Positions 23,990 to 36,214 of a stretch of DNA of 64,000 nucleotides are shown one piece after another. The notes below the pieces were generated by a model, which searched no databases, was not told the DNA's origin, and saw only the letters and a program-made list of their open reading frames with translations. Source of the DNA: Chiloscyllium plagiosum (lineage: Eukaryota). The DNA lies in assembly GCF_004010195.1 (NCBI RefSeq), contig NC_057718.1:32624486-32688485 (forward strand), given 5' to 3'. The position numbers and the translations under genes were made by a program. Every line of letters starts with the position of its first letter. Within the stretch, counting starts at the first letter, position 1.

Positions 23990-26550
23990 TTGACAAAGCC
24001 CCAGAACCTTCAATCTAGAGTCTTCGAAGAATTGGCCACAGACATAATAGATGTGTTGGTTGCAATTTCCCAAACTTCCCTGAGTTCTGGAAAGTTTGAA
24101 TCAAGCTGGAAACTTGTGAACATCTATTCAAGGAAGGAGGAAGACAGAAAATGGGAACTACAATCCAGCTAGTCTAATAGCTGCCATATTGAAAACGTTA
24201 GAATCAGTTATTATGGCAATAATTATGGCAGGGCACTTAGAAACACTGAATGCAATCAGTTAGAGTTAGCATGGCTTTCTGAAAGGGAAATCTTGTTTGA
24301 CTAATTAATTAGAGTTTCATTGAAAAAGTAACAAGCAAGTTTAATTAAGGGGGACTTGTAGGTGTGGTGACTTGGATTTCCAAAAATATCCTAGAACTCT
24401 GTGGGAAGCTAGGGAAGTGATTACTGGGCCTCTTGCTGAGATTTTGTATCATCAATAGGTGCAGGTGAAATGCTGAAAGATTAGAGGCGGGCTAACGTGG
24501 TACCACTTCATAAGAAAGGTGGTAAGGAAAAGCCAAGGAACTACAGACCTTTATGCATGGGAAATCATGTCTCTCAAACTTGATTTTGTTACTTCTTCAA
24601 AAAAACTCAGAGGATTGATGAGGGAAGAGGGGTAGATGTGATCTATATAGACTTCAGTAAGGTGTTCGACAAGGTTCCCCATGGGAGATTGGTTAGCAAG
24701 GTTAGATCTCATGGAATACAGGGAGAACTAGCCATTTGGATAAAGAACTGGCTCAAACGTAGAAGACAGAGGGTGGTGGTGGAGGGTTGCTTTTCCCTGT
24801 GACCAGTGGAGTGCCACAAGGATCAGTGTTAGGTCCACTGCTTTTCATCATTTATATAAATGATTTGGATGTGAACATAGGAAGTATAGTTAGTAAGTTT
24901 GCAGATGACATCAAAATTGGAGGTGTAGTGGACTGCAAAAATCTCAGCAACTATACATTTTTTACCTTTACCCAAGTCATTGATGTAAATTGTAAATAGT
25001 TGAGGACACAGCCCTTACCCCTGTGACATTCTGCTACTTACAGGTTGCCAGATTACAATGGGATCTCTATCAGATGGGCCAATGGGCTGAAGAGTGGTAG
25101 ATGGAGTTTAATTTAGATAAATATGAGGTGCTGCATTTTGGAAAAGCCAATCAGGGCAAGACTTATACAGTTAATGGTACAGTCCTGGGGAGTGGTGCTG
25201 AACATATGAACTTTGGAGTGCAGGTTGATAGTTCCTTGAAAGTGGAGTCGCAGGTCGATAGGATAGTGAAGAAGGTGCTCCAGACAAAGTGGTGGAGGCT
25301 GGTACAATTACAGCATTTAAAAGACATCTGGATGGGTATATGTATCGGAAGGGTTGAAAGGCATGTGGGCCAAGTGCTAGCAAATGGGACTAGATTAGGT
25401 TGGGATATCTGGTCAGCATGGATGCGTTGGACAAAAGGGTCTGTTTCTGTGTTGTAATCTGTATGACTCTATTTGATAAAATGGCATATCAAAGGTTAGT
25501 ACACAAAATAAGAGCTCTTGGTGTCTGGGTGACATCTAATTATGGAGCAAGGATTGGTTACCTAACAGAAAGCAAAGAGTAGAAATTAATTAGTCAATTT
25601 TGGGTTGGCAACCTGTAAGTAGCAGAATGTCACAGGGGTAAGGGCTGTGTCCTCAACTATTTACAATTTACATCAATGACTTGGGTAAAGGTAAAAAATG
25701 TATAGTTGCTGATGACACAAGGATTGTTAGGACTGTAAATTGTGAAGAGAATGTAAGGAGTCTGCAAAAGTGTAAAGATATGATAACTGGGCAAAAACAT
25801 TGATGAATGGACTTTAATGTGGGAAAGTGTGAGCTTGTCAATTTTGGCGGAAATCTTTTTTAAAAGTACCATATGCTAATTAAATGGATAGAAATTTCTG
25901 AACTCTGCACTACGGAGGGACCTGGGTGTCCTGATTCATAAATAACAAAATATGAGCAAGCACATAAGGTTGAGGATTAGGAAGGCAATTGGATTTCTGT
26001 TCATTACAAGAGGAATTCTGTATAGGAGTAGTGAAGTTTTGCTACAGATGTATAGGACTTGGTGAGACGACACATACAGCTTTGGTCTTACTAATTAGGA
26101 ATCAATATAATTACCTTAGAAGCAGTTCAGAGAGCATTCATGTAAATGATTGCCAAGATAAAGGGTTTAGTAGTGAGATGAGTTCATTCTGTATCCATTG
26201 GAGATCAGAAGACTAAGAGGGGATCTTGTTGAAACATGTAAGATGCTGAACAGGCTTGACAGGGTGAAGACTGAAAGGATGATTCTCCTTCACAGGAAGA
26301 CTAGGAGAACCAATTGAGGTGGAGATTAAGAGATTATTTTTCTCTTAGAGACTCATTAGTCTGTGGAATTCTCTTCCACAGAGAGCAGCAAAAGCAGAGT
26401 CACTGCATATTTTTAAGGCTAAGTTAGATCATTTCTTCATCACCAAGCAAATGGAATAGGGAGTAGAGAGGAAAGCAAAGTTGAGGTCACAATCTTATCA
26501 AATGACGGAGCAGCCTGGAAGAACCAAATGCCTTACCACCAATCCTGATT
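23990..26550 (+). mobile_element. Old CR1 copy containing a younger rearranged CR1 (about 24388-25470)
   Basis: Host copy is split at LDFQK|FDK. Inner copy has [24 protein letters not shown]...KFADD and a tail ending tatgactct. Confidence 0.8.
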
Positions 26551-26769
26551 TGTTTGAGGTGCAAGAGGGCATTATTTCAAACAACATTTCTTCGACCTCC
26601 CCTAACATTACTACAATGGCATTATGTTCATACTTTTAGCTAAATTATTTTCTCTTCATCTTTCCATTTCCCCATGTGGCATGTTCCACACTCACAATTT
26701 TATATAGATGTGAGTTATTGCTGCTGTTGTTCTCAGGTTTTTTGACAGTAATTTTCTCTGGTCACTTAC

Positions 26770-26978
26770 TGAAGAGCAAGAGGTGCTGCTGCAAGTGCGT
26801 GGAGTGGAATTGCCTGATGGGACCTGTGGCATTGTAAACTGGTGCCGATCCACTGATGACTGCTTGCTGAGCTCAGTTGGACCTTTCACATTTGGTTTTG
26901 TTGCTTCCATTGGCCACAGCTTGTTTCGTGGAATAATAGCCTTGTTATAAAGAGGAGCTTCCTCAAACTGCTGGTTAC
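26770..26978 (-). CDS. EPAS1: EPAS1 exon (equivalent to exon 10), ODD region
   Basis: GNQQFEEAPLYNKAIIPRNKLWP...FTMPQVPSGNSTPRTCSSTSCSS. Long U-tract then ccag|GT acceptor, donor TCA|gtaagt; 209 nt; phases match both neighbours. Confidence 0.92.
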
Positions 26979-27362
26979 CTGGTAAAAATGACAAAAAAAA
27001 AAAGAACATTTGTTGGTCTTATTTTGATTCTTTTTGATCTCAGTTTGATCCAATGCTAAGCAAAATGAATTTAATTTGCCATCTTGAAGATATGGACCAA
27101 TTGGCACACGAATAAGATTTTAGAGCAATTCATTTTTATTGTAGCTGAAAAAAATTCTTACTGTTTTAGAATAAAGACTGAACCAGACCTTTTCCCCAAT
27201 TTGCAAAGCCTACAGGTGCCCTACCCAGTGCATTATTTCATTTGCTTCATTTTTAAATCTTTACTCTCACAATGTAGTTCCAAACTATGTTCAGGTGTCT
27301 GTAAGTGGTACTTAAAAGAGCACAATTTGCTTTTCTTTCCTTGCATGGATGCATCTCTTCTT

Positions 27363-27562
27363 CAGGAGCAAGTGAGGACTGCAGATGCTGGAAATCAGAG
27401 TCGAGAGTGTGGTGCTGGAAAAGCACAGCCAGTGAGGCAACATCCGAGAAGCAGGAGAATTGACGTTTTGGGCATAAGCCCTTCATCAGTAACCTGAAAC
27501 ATCGATTCTCCTGCTCCTCAGATGCTGCCTGACCAACTGTGCTTTTCTAGCACCACACTCTT
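27363..27562. mobile_element. Small palindromic Penelope-derived element in the intron between exons 9 and 10
   Basis: Inverted terminal arms; atctcttctt repeated at 27353-27362 and 27563-27572. Confidence 0.7.
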
Positions 27563-27738
27563 ATCTCTTCTTTCCTTGGTTGCTTCACTCAAAGTGTATA
27601 ACTGACATTGTAGGGTACTTCATTAGTACATTACCATTAATTGAAGAATACTATTTTTTTAAAAAAAACTGCGGATTGATGTCAAATATTTATTGGTTTA
27701 CATAGATTAAAATAATGTCTTAAATTCTAGCAACATAC

Positions 27739-27962
27739 CATTGACACTGAAATCAAGTAGAATAATGGAATCTCCAGGTGTAGGAGCAAGTTGTGCTAGG
27801 TCTTCAGGTTCTTCCTTCAGTTTACTGAAGAGCAGATTACCATCATCTGGCATTGGACCTCCGCAGATATGCTTGCCATTCATATTTTTCATGGCTTGGC
27901 AAGGCTTGAAAAGAGACTCTGTCTGGTCCATGGAGAATACAACATTCTTCTCCTCAATCTCA
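27739..27962 (-). CDS. EPAS1: EPAS1 exon (equivalent to exon 9) with N-ODD LAQLAP motif
   Basis: [20 protein letters not shown]...[28 protein letters not shown]. Acceptor ttttcag|T, donor G|gtatgt; 224 nt; LAQLAP at 27782-27799. Confidence 0.94.
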
Positions 27963-30005
27963 CTGAAAATGTAAACATTTGATTTCAGTTTTTTTTTTAA
28001 AGAAAGAACTCCATTGCAGTATAAAATGCCAAGGAATGGTGTACATTTACTTAACATCTCATCACATTCCCAGGATATCCCAAGGCAATTTATCAACAAT
28101 GGATTGCTTTTGAAGTGTACTTATAGTTATGTTGAGGGATATGGCCAAATGCTGGCAAATAAGACTAGATTAATTTAGGATGTCTGGTCAGCATGGATGA
28201 GTTGGACCGAAGGATCTGTTTCCTTCCTGTACAACTCTATACCTATTTTGGCACACAACAAGGTTCCATATACACACAGACACTGAATGAATTAACAGAT
28301 AAGTCATTTTTATTTGCATAGATGTTGGCCCAGGTACTGGGACAACGGTTTGCTCATGTTCAGATTGTGACATGGAATTTTCATATCCTGCTGAGTAAAT
28401 GGATAGAGTTGGGGTTTAATATCTCAGCCAAACATTTTCAATAATCAGTTATGCTGCGCAGTTATCCAACATACTATGCTGAAGTCAGACGATCCATAGC
28501 CTCTGAGTGTGTTATCAACTGAGTTCCATGCTGTACATCTCTATGACTCGACAGACTCTGAATTAAATTATTTCAATATTCATTGAATATTGAATTTGTT
28601 CCAGTCAACAGTAGTAAGCATTACATTTGCTGGCAGTCCAATTTCAAAGTAATTTCTAAATGAGTAGGTTTATGAATTGCTATCATCTAATTTTAAAAAA
28701 TATCTTAAGGGTTTCATATTTATATCATTCACATACTGTTCCACAGCTACACATTTATTTAATTTTGTGTCACCAATAAACAATTTCAAACTTTAGACAT
28801 CCTAAATATAGGTTATCCACACCTAATTATAGCTTTATTGCTACTGATAAAAGTAAGCACAGGTGAAGCAATAAAACTTCTATTCTCAGCATTCATTACA
28901 AACATGCAATTGCAATATATTCTGATAAACATTTAGTTTTAATACAATAGAAGCAATTGTTCACTGAGCATCCTGATTGCATTTACCTGACTTTCTTTCC
29001 TGCTCTGTGTATTAAGTACAGGTGAGTAATAACTGCTTTAAATCTATGTAATTAATTCTATTCTGCTTTCAATCCATCTTTGGTGTTGGTAATGTCCATC
29101 AGAGTCCTTTTTTTCCCCACTTGATACAGAATAATCCACAAGAAGACAATGACTGATGTTCCAATGTTGCTTTGAGATTGTCCATGTCCAATCTGAATTG
29201 CAAACCATTTGCCTATGTTTTGGAGATGATTGCTTGTGTTCAGATTGTGGCATGGAATTCTCATATCCCGCTGAGTAAATAGATAGAGTTGGGGTTTAAT
29301 AGAGATGATTATTTAATTTAGGTTGTGTATTGTTATTCTTAGTAGAGGTGAACAGTGAATCACTGTTAAAAAGATTCTGCAGATTATTTGAAATTGGCAA
29401 AGTTTACAGCAAGTATTCAGTCAAGAAAATTGTTCAATTCTCAATATTTTTCTTTCTTTCCTCAAAATATTCATTCATGTTATGTACAAAAATCATTTTA
29501 TGATTTTTATAAAAATATTTGCTTCTGATGATCTCAGTTTTCAAATACTGTCTCAATTGTATTGGGACTTTTAAAGTTTTAATGTAAGCACCACATCTTT
29601 ATTCAGTAATTATGGGTAACAGTATGATTTTCAGCATTCTGATATATTCAAAGACAAAATGAAGGCTCAACCAGAAGCCATTCTATATTTTATATTTTTA
29701 GAAATTTACTTTTAATGCAAGAGCATTTAAGCTCAGTTTATCGTGTGTCTCTGGTCATTTTTGCGTCAGTTGATTGTTGTCCTCTTGCCAGGATTGAAAA
29801 TTCCAAATAACAATAGTGTATATTTTAACACCAGATTTGCAGAAAGCAACATTCTGAAACTGAGTGTGTGGTGGATGGCAAAGCCACCCATGTTACCAAG
29901 ATCTCTACAGACATAAAATGCTCATAGAAATCAAAATAGGATCATTTCAAGGCAGAAATCTTGTGCTTAGTTTTTGAAATCAGTTGTGTAATAACGCAGG
30001 CATAC

Positions 30006-30153
30006 CTCAGTACATAGTTGACGCATACAATGCACTGTGGTTGAGAGTTACGGCTGTTGTAAATAACTGTCCCTTGGGTCTCAATCCACACGTATCCACC
30101 ATGTTTTGCAAGCATCCGGTACTGCCCAGTAACTGACTGACCTTTAGTGCACA
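30006..30153 (-). CDS. EPAS1: EPAS1/HIF-2alpha exon (equivalent to human exon 8), C-terminal part of PAS-B/PAC
   Basis: Translates (L)[48 protein letters not shown](S). Acceptor tttaaag|TG, donor AG|gtatg; 148 nt. Confidence 0.96.
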
Positions 30154-30409
30154 CTTTAAAAACAAAATTAAAATGAAACAAATCAATTTCTCAATTCTTA
30201 CTTTATGCTAGATAGGAAAGATATTGATTATCAGTTATTGTATATACAAACCATGTGTTGCAGTTCATCATCTAAGCTGCATATCATAAATGCTCCTTTG
30301 ATCATATAACATTTGATAATGGCAATACTATATGCTGTACTCAAGCAACAGTAAGTCCTTTTTTATTTGTGCTCGGAATAGAAATCTCTACACCTCGCTA
30401 CACTTTTAG

Positions 30410-30682
30410 ATTTTTTTATAAATATTTTTATTAAAAACCTTTTAACATCTTTTACAAAACATTGATATTCAAAAAAAGAATAACGCCATCAAAACAGAAA
30501 GAAAGGCAGTACAAAAAAAGCCATAACACAGTACCATTGTTAATAAACGACCTACTATTCTACCAGAAAAAAACATATCTACTTAACTTAATCTAACCAT
30601 ATTAAATAGATACTAACTTAAACTAAATTCAAATAACTTAAGTTAAATAATATCTTACTACTTTATTCTATTTCACTCGTCA
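30410..30682 (-). mobile_element. Probable 3' end of an L1/Tx1-type LINE running into a gap
   Basis: Minus strand is U-rich and ends AATAAA (30432-30427) plus an A-rich tail. No ORF is visible before the gap. Confidence 0.4.
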
Positions 30683-31182
30683 NNNNNNNNNNNNNNNNNN
30701 NNNNNNNNNNNNNNNNNNNNNNNNNNNNNNNNNNNNNNNNNNNNNNNNNNNNNNNNNNNNNNNNNNNNNNNNNNNNNNNNNNNNNNNNNNNNNNNNNNNN
30801 NNNNNNNNNNNNNNNNNNNNNNNNNNNNNNNNNNNNNNNNNNNNNNNNNNNNNNNNNNNNNNNNNNNNNNNNNNNNNNNNNNNNNNNNNNNNNNNNNNNN
30901 NNNNNNNNNNNNNNNNNNNNNNNNNNNNNNNNNNNNNNNNNNNNNNNNNNNNNNNNNNNNNNNNNNNNNNNNNNNNNNNNNNNNNNNNNNNNNNNNNNNN
31001 NNNNNNNNNNNNNNNNNNNNNNNNNNNNNNNNNNNNNNNNNNNNNNNNNNNNNNNNNNNNNNNNNNNNNNNNNNNNNNNNNNNNNNNNNNNNNNNNNNNN
31101 NNNNNNNNNNNNNNNNNNNNNNNNNNNNNNNNNNNNNNNNNNNNNNNNNNNNNNNNNNNNNNNNNNNNNNNNNNNNNNNNNN
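30683..31182. other. Assembly gap (others at 1018-1517, 42271-42320 and 50849-51734)
   Basis: Runs of N. All four gaps abut retroelement sequence. Confidence 0.99.
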
Positions 31183-31368
31183 AGCATCTAAGGAGAAGGA
31201 GAATCGACGTTTCAGGCATAAGCCCTTCTTCAGGAATGAGGAAGGTGTGCCAAGCAGGCTAAGATAAAAGGTAGGGAGGAGGGACTTGGGGGAGGGGCAT
31301 TGGGAATGCGATAGGTGTCACCCCTTATGTAGGCAGCATCTTGATCTTGACCTAAGTAGTTGACTGGG

Positions 31369-33180
31369 AGAAAAAGTGAGGACTGCAGATGCTGGAGATC
31401 AGAGTTGAAAAGTGCGGTGCTCAAAAAGCACAGCCAGTCAGGCAGCATCTGAGGAGCAGGAGAATCCACGTTTCAAACAAAAGCTCTTCATCAGGAATGT
31501 CGGGCAATAAATAGATGGGTGGAAGTGGGGTACGGGGAAGGGAGCTGGCAAGGCGATAGGTGGTGCTGATGGTGATAGGTCGGAGAGGAGGGTGGAGTGA
31601 TAGGTAGGAAGGTCAGGTGGGAAAAGTTCAAAAAGGGTGGTGCCGCGTTGGAGGGTTGGATCTGGGATAAGGTGGGGGGAGGGGAGATGAGGAAACTGGT
31701 GAAATTGACATTGATTCCGTGTGGTTGGAGGGTCCCAAGGTGGAAGAGGAGGTGTTCTTTCTCCAGGCATTGGGTGGCAAGGATTTAGCTGTGGAGGAGG
31801 CCCAGGACTTGCATGTCTTGGCGGAGTGGGAAAGGGAGTTGAAATGGTCTGCCACAGGGTGGTGGGGTTTTTTGTTGTATGCGTCCTCGAGATCTTCTCT
31901 GAAATGTTCTGCAAATTGGCATCCTGTATCCCCAATGTAGAGGAGGCCACATCGAGAACAACAGACATAGTAGATGAGGTGTTTGGATAGGCAGGAAAAT
32001 TTCTGCCGGATGTGGAAGGATCCTTTTGGGTCTTGGACAGAGTGAGGGTGGAGGTGCGGGTGCAGGTTTTACACCTCTTGCCATGGCAAGGAAGTGCCGG
32101 CAGTGGAGGGTGTGTTGTGGGGGAGGGGGTGGTTTGCCTGGACCTAATGAGGGCGTCGCAGAGGGAATGGTCGTGCAGAATGCTGATAAGGGTGGGGAGG
32201 ATGTTGCGTTGTATTGGGAGATTAGTGAGGTGGAAGGTGAGGACTGGGGAGGTTCAATCATCTTCTGGTTTGAGGGGTGGGGTTCAAGGGCAGAGGTACA
32301 GGAAGTGGAGATGTGCTGGAGGGCATTGTTGACCAAATGGGAGGGGCAATTGTGGTCCTTGAAGTAGGAAGCCATCTGGAATGCCCTGGACTGGAATTGG
32401 TCCTCCTGGGAGCAGATGCAGCAGAGGTGGAATTGGGAGTAATGAATAGCATTTTTACAGGAGAGGGGATGGGAGGAGGTGTACTCCAGGTAGCTGTGGG
32501 AGACGGTGGGCCTGAAGCAGATGTCTGTATTGAGTCGGTCGCTGGAGATAGAGGGGGAAAGATCCAGGAAGGCGAGAGATGTGTCCAAGATGGTTCAGAT
32601 AACATGAAGTCAGGGTGGAAGTTGTTTGTGAAGTTGATTAACTGTTCAATGTCCTTGTGGGAGCATGAGGTAAGCGTTGATACAGTCATCAATGTAGCAG
32701 AGGAAGAGGTGGGGAATAGTGCTGGTATAACTGTAGAAGATGGATTGCTCCATGTATCCAACGAAGAGGCAGGCATAGCTGGGGCCTATGCAGGTGTCCA
32801 TGGCCACCCCTTTGGTCTGAAGGATGTGGGAGGATTCGAAAAGAAGTTGTTGAGGTTGAGGACCAGTTCAGCTAATCAAATGAGTCTGTTGGTGCAGGGA
32901 TACTGGTTGGGTTGACGGGAGAGGAAGAAAGGGAGGGCTTGAAGGCCTTCACCATGGCGATAGGCATGTACATGGACTGGATGTCCGTGGTGGAGATGAG
33001 GCGTTTGGGGCCAGGGAAAGTCATGAATGAGGTGGAGGGCATGTGTGGTTTCCTGAATGTATATGGGGAGATTCTGGACCAAGGGGGACAGGATGATGTC
33101 AAGGTATGAGAAGACTGACTGGTACAAGTGGGTACAGGTAGCTGGCTGACCATGTCCGAGCTCCTGACCAGTATTGGAGG
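31369..33180 (-). mobile_element. Penelope-like retroelement (RT plus GIY-YIG), degenerate
   Basis: TDIQSMYMPI, SLAFLDL...HSYLEYTSSHPLSCKNAIHYSQF, ADHFNSLSHSAK. Terminal repeat at about 31369-31498; a second terminus at 31183-31318. Confidence 0.82.
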
Positions 33181-33216
33181 CTGCCCTTGATTTATTGTTT
33201 TGGCATCACCCCAGAC

Positions 33217-33895
33217 CTTAAAAGTGGAGTTGCAGGTAGACAGGATAGTGAAGACGACATTTGGTATGCTTTCCTTTATTGATCAGAGTATTAAGTACAG
33301 GAGTTGGGAGGTCATGTTGCAATTATACAGGACATTAGTTAGGCCACTGTTGGAATATTGCGTGCAATTCTGGTCTCCTTCCTATCAGAAAGATTTTGTG
33401 AAACTTGAAAGGGTTCAGAAAAGATTTACAAGGATGTTGCCAGGGTTGGAGAATTTGAGCTATAGGGAGAGGCTGGACAGGCTGGGGATGTTTTCCCTGG
33501 GGCATTGGAGGCTGAGGGGTGACCTTATAGAGGTTTACAAAATTATGAGGGCAATAGATAGGATAAATAGACAAAATCTTTTCCCTGGGGTCGGGGAGTC
33601 CAGAACTAGAGGGCATAGGTTTAGGGTGAGAGGGGAAAGATATAAAAGAAACCTAAAGGGCAACTTTTTCCACACAGAGGGTGGTACGTGTATAGAATGA
33701 GCTGCCAGAGGAAGTGGTGGAGGCTGGTACAATTGCAACATTTAAAAGGCACCTGGATGGGTATATGAATAGGAAGGGTTTGGAGGGATATGGGCCAGGT
33801 GCTGGCGGTGGGACTAGATTGGGTTGGGATATCTGGTCGGCATGGACAGATTGGACTGAAGGGTCTGTTTCCATGCTGTGTATCTCTATGACTCA
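33217..33895 (+). mobile_element. Young CR1/HER1 3' fragment
   Basis: Largely intact ORF2 end LYRTLVRPLLEYCVQFWSP...TRGHRFRVRG; tail tctatgactc. Confidence 0.9.
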
Positions 33896-34611
33896 ATGAC
33901 TCCTTGAATATGTTTGAGGCAGGGATACATAGATTCTTGTTAAACAAGGGATTGAAAAGTCATCAGCCCTGGATGGGAATTTAGATTTGAGGTTACAGTC
34001 AGATTCGCAATCTTCCTATTGAATGGCACAGCAGGTTCAGGGGCCTGAACAGCCTACTCCTCCCCTAACTGGGTGTTTCCATTGACTATACTTTGCCAGT
34101 TGTTAATGCATTCAACCACTCCTCACCTCCACCTTGGATACCCTTGCCATCAGTAATACATTCCCCATCTTCATTTCCTCAAGAATTAAGTCTGCAGACC
34201 TAGACATCCATGATCAGATTTGGCGGGACCACATCAAGGGCCTGTCCTCTGCCAAAATTTCTCTCTACTCCAGAATCATCCTGGAAAACAAAGTTATCCC
34301 TCATCTTCTTTCCTTCACTGCGGCCATGTTGTCAAATGCATTCTCCGATCCAAAATCTCTACCTCCAACTTCTCTTCCATTTCTCGGTCTCCTTTCAGCT
34401 GGGTTCTGGGCCTCACACAGCTTGGACTGGTAGGGAAAGCAGCCTCTAGTCACTGTTGCCTGTGTGTTTGAGGGATGCAGGTTGTGAGGACAATGTAGAC
34501 TTAGCAACTTTCTTCACATCTCCATAGTTATTACTGTTCCCACTCCACCTCACTCCCATCACTAGCCTCTCTCTCTCTCTCTTAGTGCAGATAATTTAGT
34601 TGGTTACAAAA

Positions 34612-34775
34612 TACAGGGCAATCTCAATTATCCAAACGACATGGGCAGGGAGTATTTTGTTCGGCTAATCAAATGTTCGGATAACACAGTTTACCCAAAC
34701 ACAGACCCTTGAGACCTTGTTCGGATAATCTGAAATTCGGATAACTGATGTTTGGATAACAGAAGTTGTATTGTA
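34612..34775. mobile_element. Tc1/mariner-pogo-type MITE
   Basis: TA-flanked imperfect TIRs (cagggcaatctcaattatccaaac / gtttggataacagaagttgtattg) and internal ttcggataa repeats. Confidence 0.65.
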
Positions 34776-34976
34776 TAAGTTTGGTTTCTACACAAGCATT
34801 AAGAACAGCAAATACAATAGATACATTTGATGATGCTATTGTGAAATGCATATTTTTTGGGATTTAAAAATAATTTGTGTAACCCTTCCTCTTTGGAGAG
34901 AATAAACACCTGTTGATAAATTTCAATAGCTCAGAAATGTTCATACGAACATTTCAATTTGTGGGCAGTATATAAC

Positions 34977-34996
34977 CTAGTGCCACCCAGTGGCCA
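34977..34996 (-). promoter_or_regulatory. Candidate CTCF site
   Basis: Minus strand TGGCCACTGGGTGGCACTAG closely follows the CTCF consensus and lies in non-repetitive sequence. Confidence 0.55.
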
Positions 34997-35395
34997 GATG
35001 GTATAATTACAGTGTTGTGTTTACATGAGCAGTTTCCACTATAAATATTTACCAGAAGGTGGGAAGAATGCAATGAAAAGTCAGCAAGGCTGAGGACATG
35101 AAGCCCCTGCTGAATGTCAGGGCAGCAGCTCATTATAATATTTCCTTATCCATTGTGTATCCAACAGCCAGTTACATGAAGAGTTGGCCATCTACTGTGT
35201 GGGTAAATAGGAGAGGAGCAAGCTGAGTGAGTGGCAGGGAGGGATAAGTTTGAGAGGCTGCCGATTGAGGCAGTGGCTAAAGAGAGACTACAATCCAAAG
35301 AAGGCAAGTCAAAGGTTGCCAGGAGGCGAAGCCAGCAGCTTTAATTCATCAACAGCTTCCTCAAACCTTAAGAAGCCTAGCCACCAGCAATTACA

Positions 35396-35467
35396 TTTAA
35401 ACTGGGCCACCAGTTATAGAGGGAGACAATCAAGTTTAAACTGGGCCACCAGTTATACAGGGAGACA
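35396..35467 (+). repeat. Two-copy tandem repeat, period 39 bp
   Basis: tttaaactgggccaccagttata(g/c)agggagaca at 35396 and 35435. Confidence 0.85.
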
Positions 35468-36214
35468 CAAATTTTAAATGTGTAAATTACATCACTGCCT
35501 TTCTAAGGTAGGACACTTGTAGCTTCAATATACACTGATGTAATGATGATGGCATAAACAAGGTGAATATGTTTTCGATGTAACAGACACATTACCTATA
35601 CAGATTTTAAGAACACACAAGAAAATACCTCATTTTATGCTGGTTTATAAAATTAAACCTCAAGGATTAAGCAGGCCAATGTTAAATGGGATAAAATATT
35701 AGTTTAAAAGCAGACAGCAGTGAGTCTTGATAACTAAGACTAGAGAATGGAAACAGTGGTAATTTCCCAAGGATCTTAAGTAGCTATGTATACTATAAAT
35801 GATTTGAGGGATTGCTAGAAATGTAAAGGAGGGAAGCACCTTTCATGTGCAGGTTCAACACACTCTTTAGATTGGCTCATCTTGTCTTGGCCCTCTCCTT
35901 TGTCATGGTCTCATAGGTAGATGTACATAATCCGTTGTCACCTCTCAGTAGGCATTCCCCCATTAAACAGCTGACCCCATTTTTTATATGAATGATTCTA
36001 AAGGTTGGAGAGGGGGTGCCTCAAGATGGAGATGTCCTCTTTCTGTCTATCGCTCTCTGAGCTGAACTGTAGCCCCTTCTAAAGCTGGAAACTTGCACGC
36101 TTGGTCTTCCAGGTTTGACTGACCACCTGCTATTTTTAATTGGATGGCAAACCTTCCATGCTGGTTCCCAATTGGCTAATAAAGGAAAAATCATAGCTGG
36201 TGACTTTTCCCATA

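Noticed and set aside
26973..26981. CAG|GTAAC at the exon 10 start as a recursive splice site
   Set aside because: The intron is only 760 bp, the GT is part of a conserved Gly codon, and skipping would shift the frame.
4946..30153. Calling the gene HIF1A or HIF3A
   Set aside because: [33 protein letters not shown] and the terminal DQAT are HIF-2alpha signatures, and a C-TAD is present.
34660..34760. CRISPR-like short repeats (ttcggataa)
   Set aside because: Irregular short internal repeats of a MITE in a vertebrate intron; no spacer structure and no cas genes.
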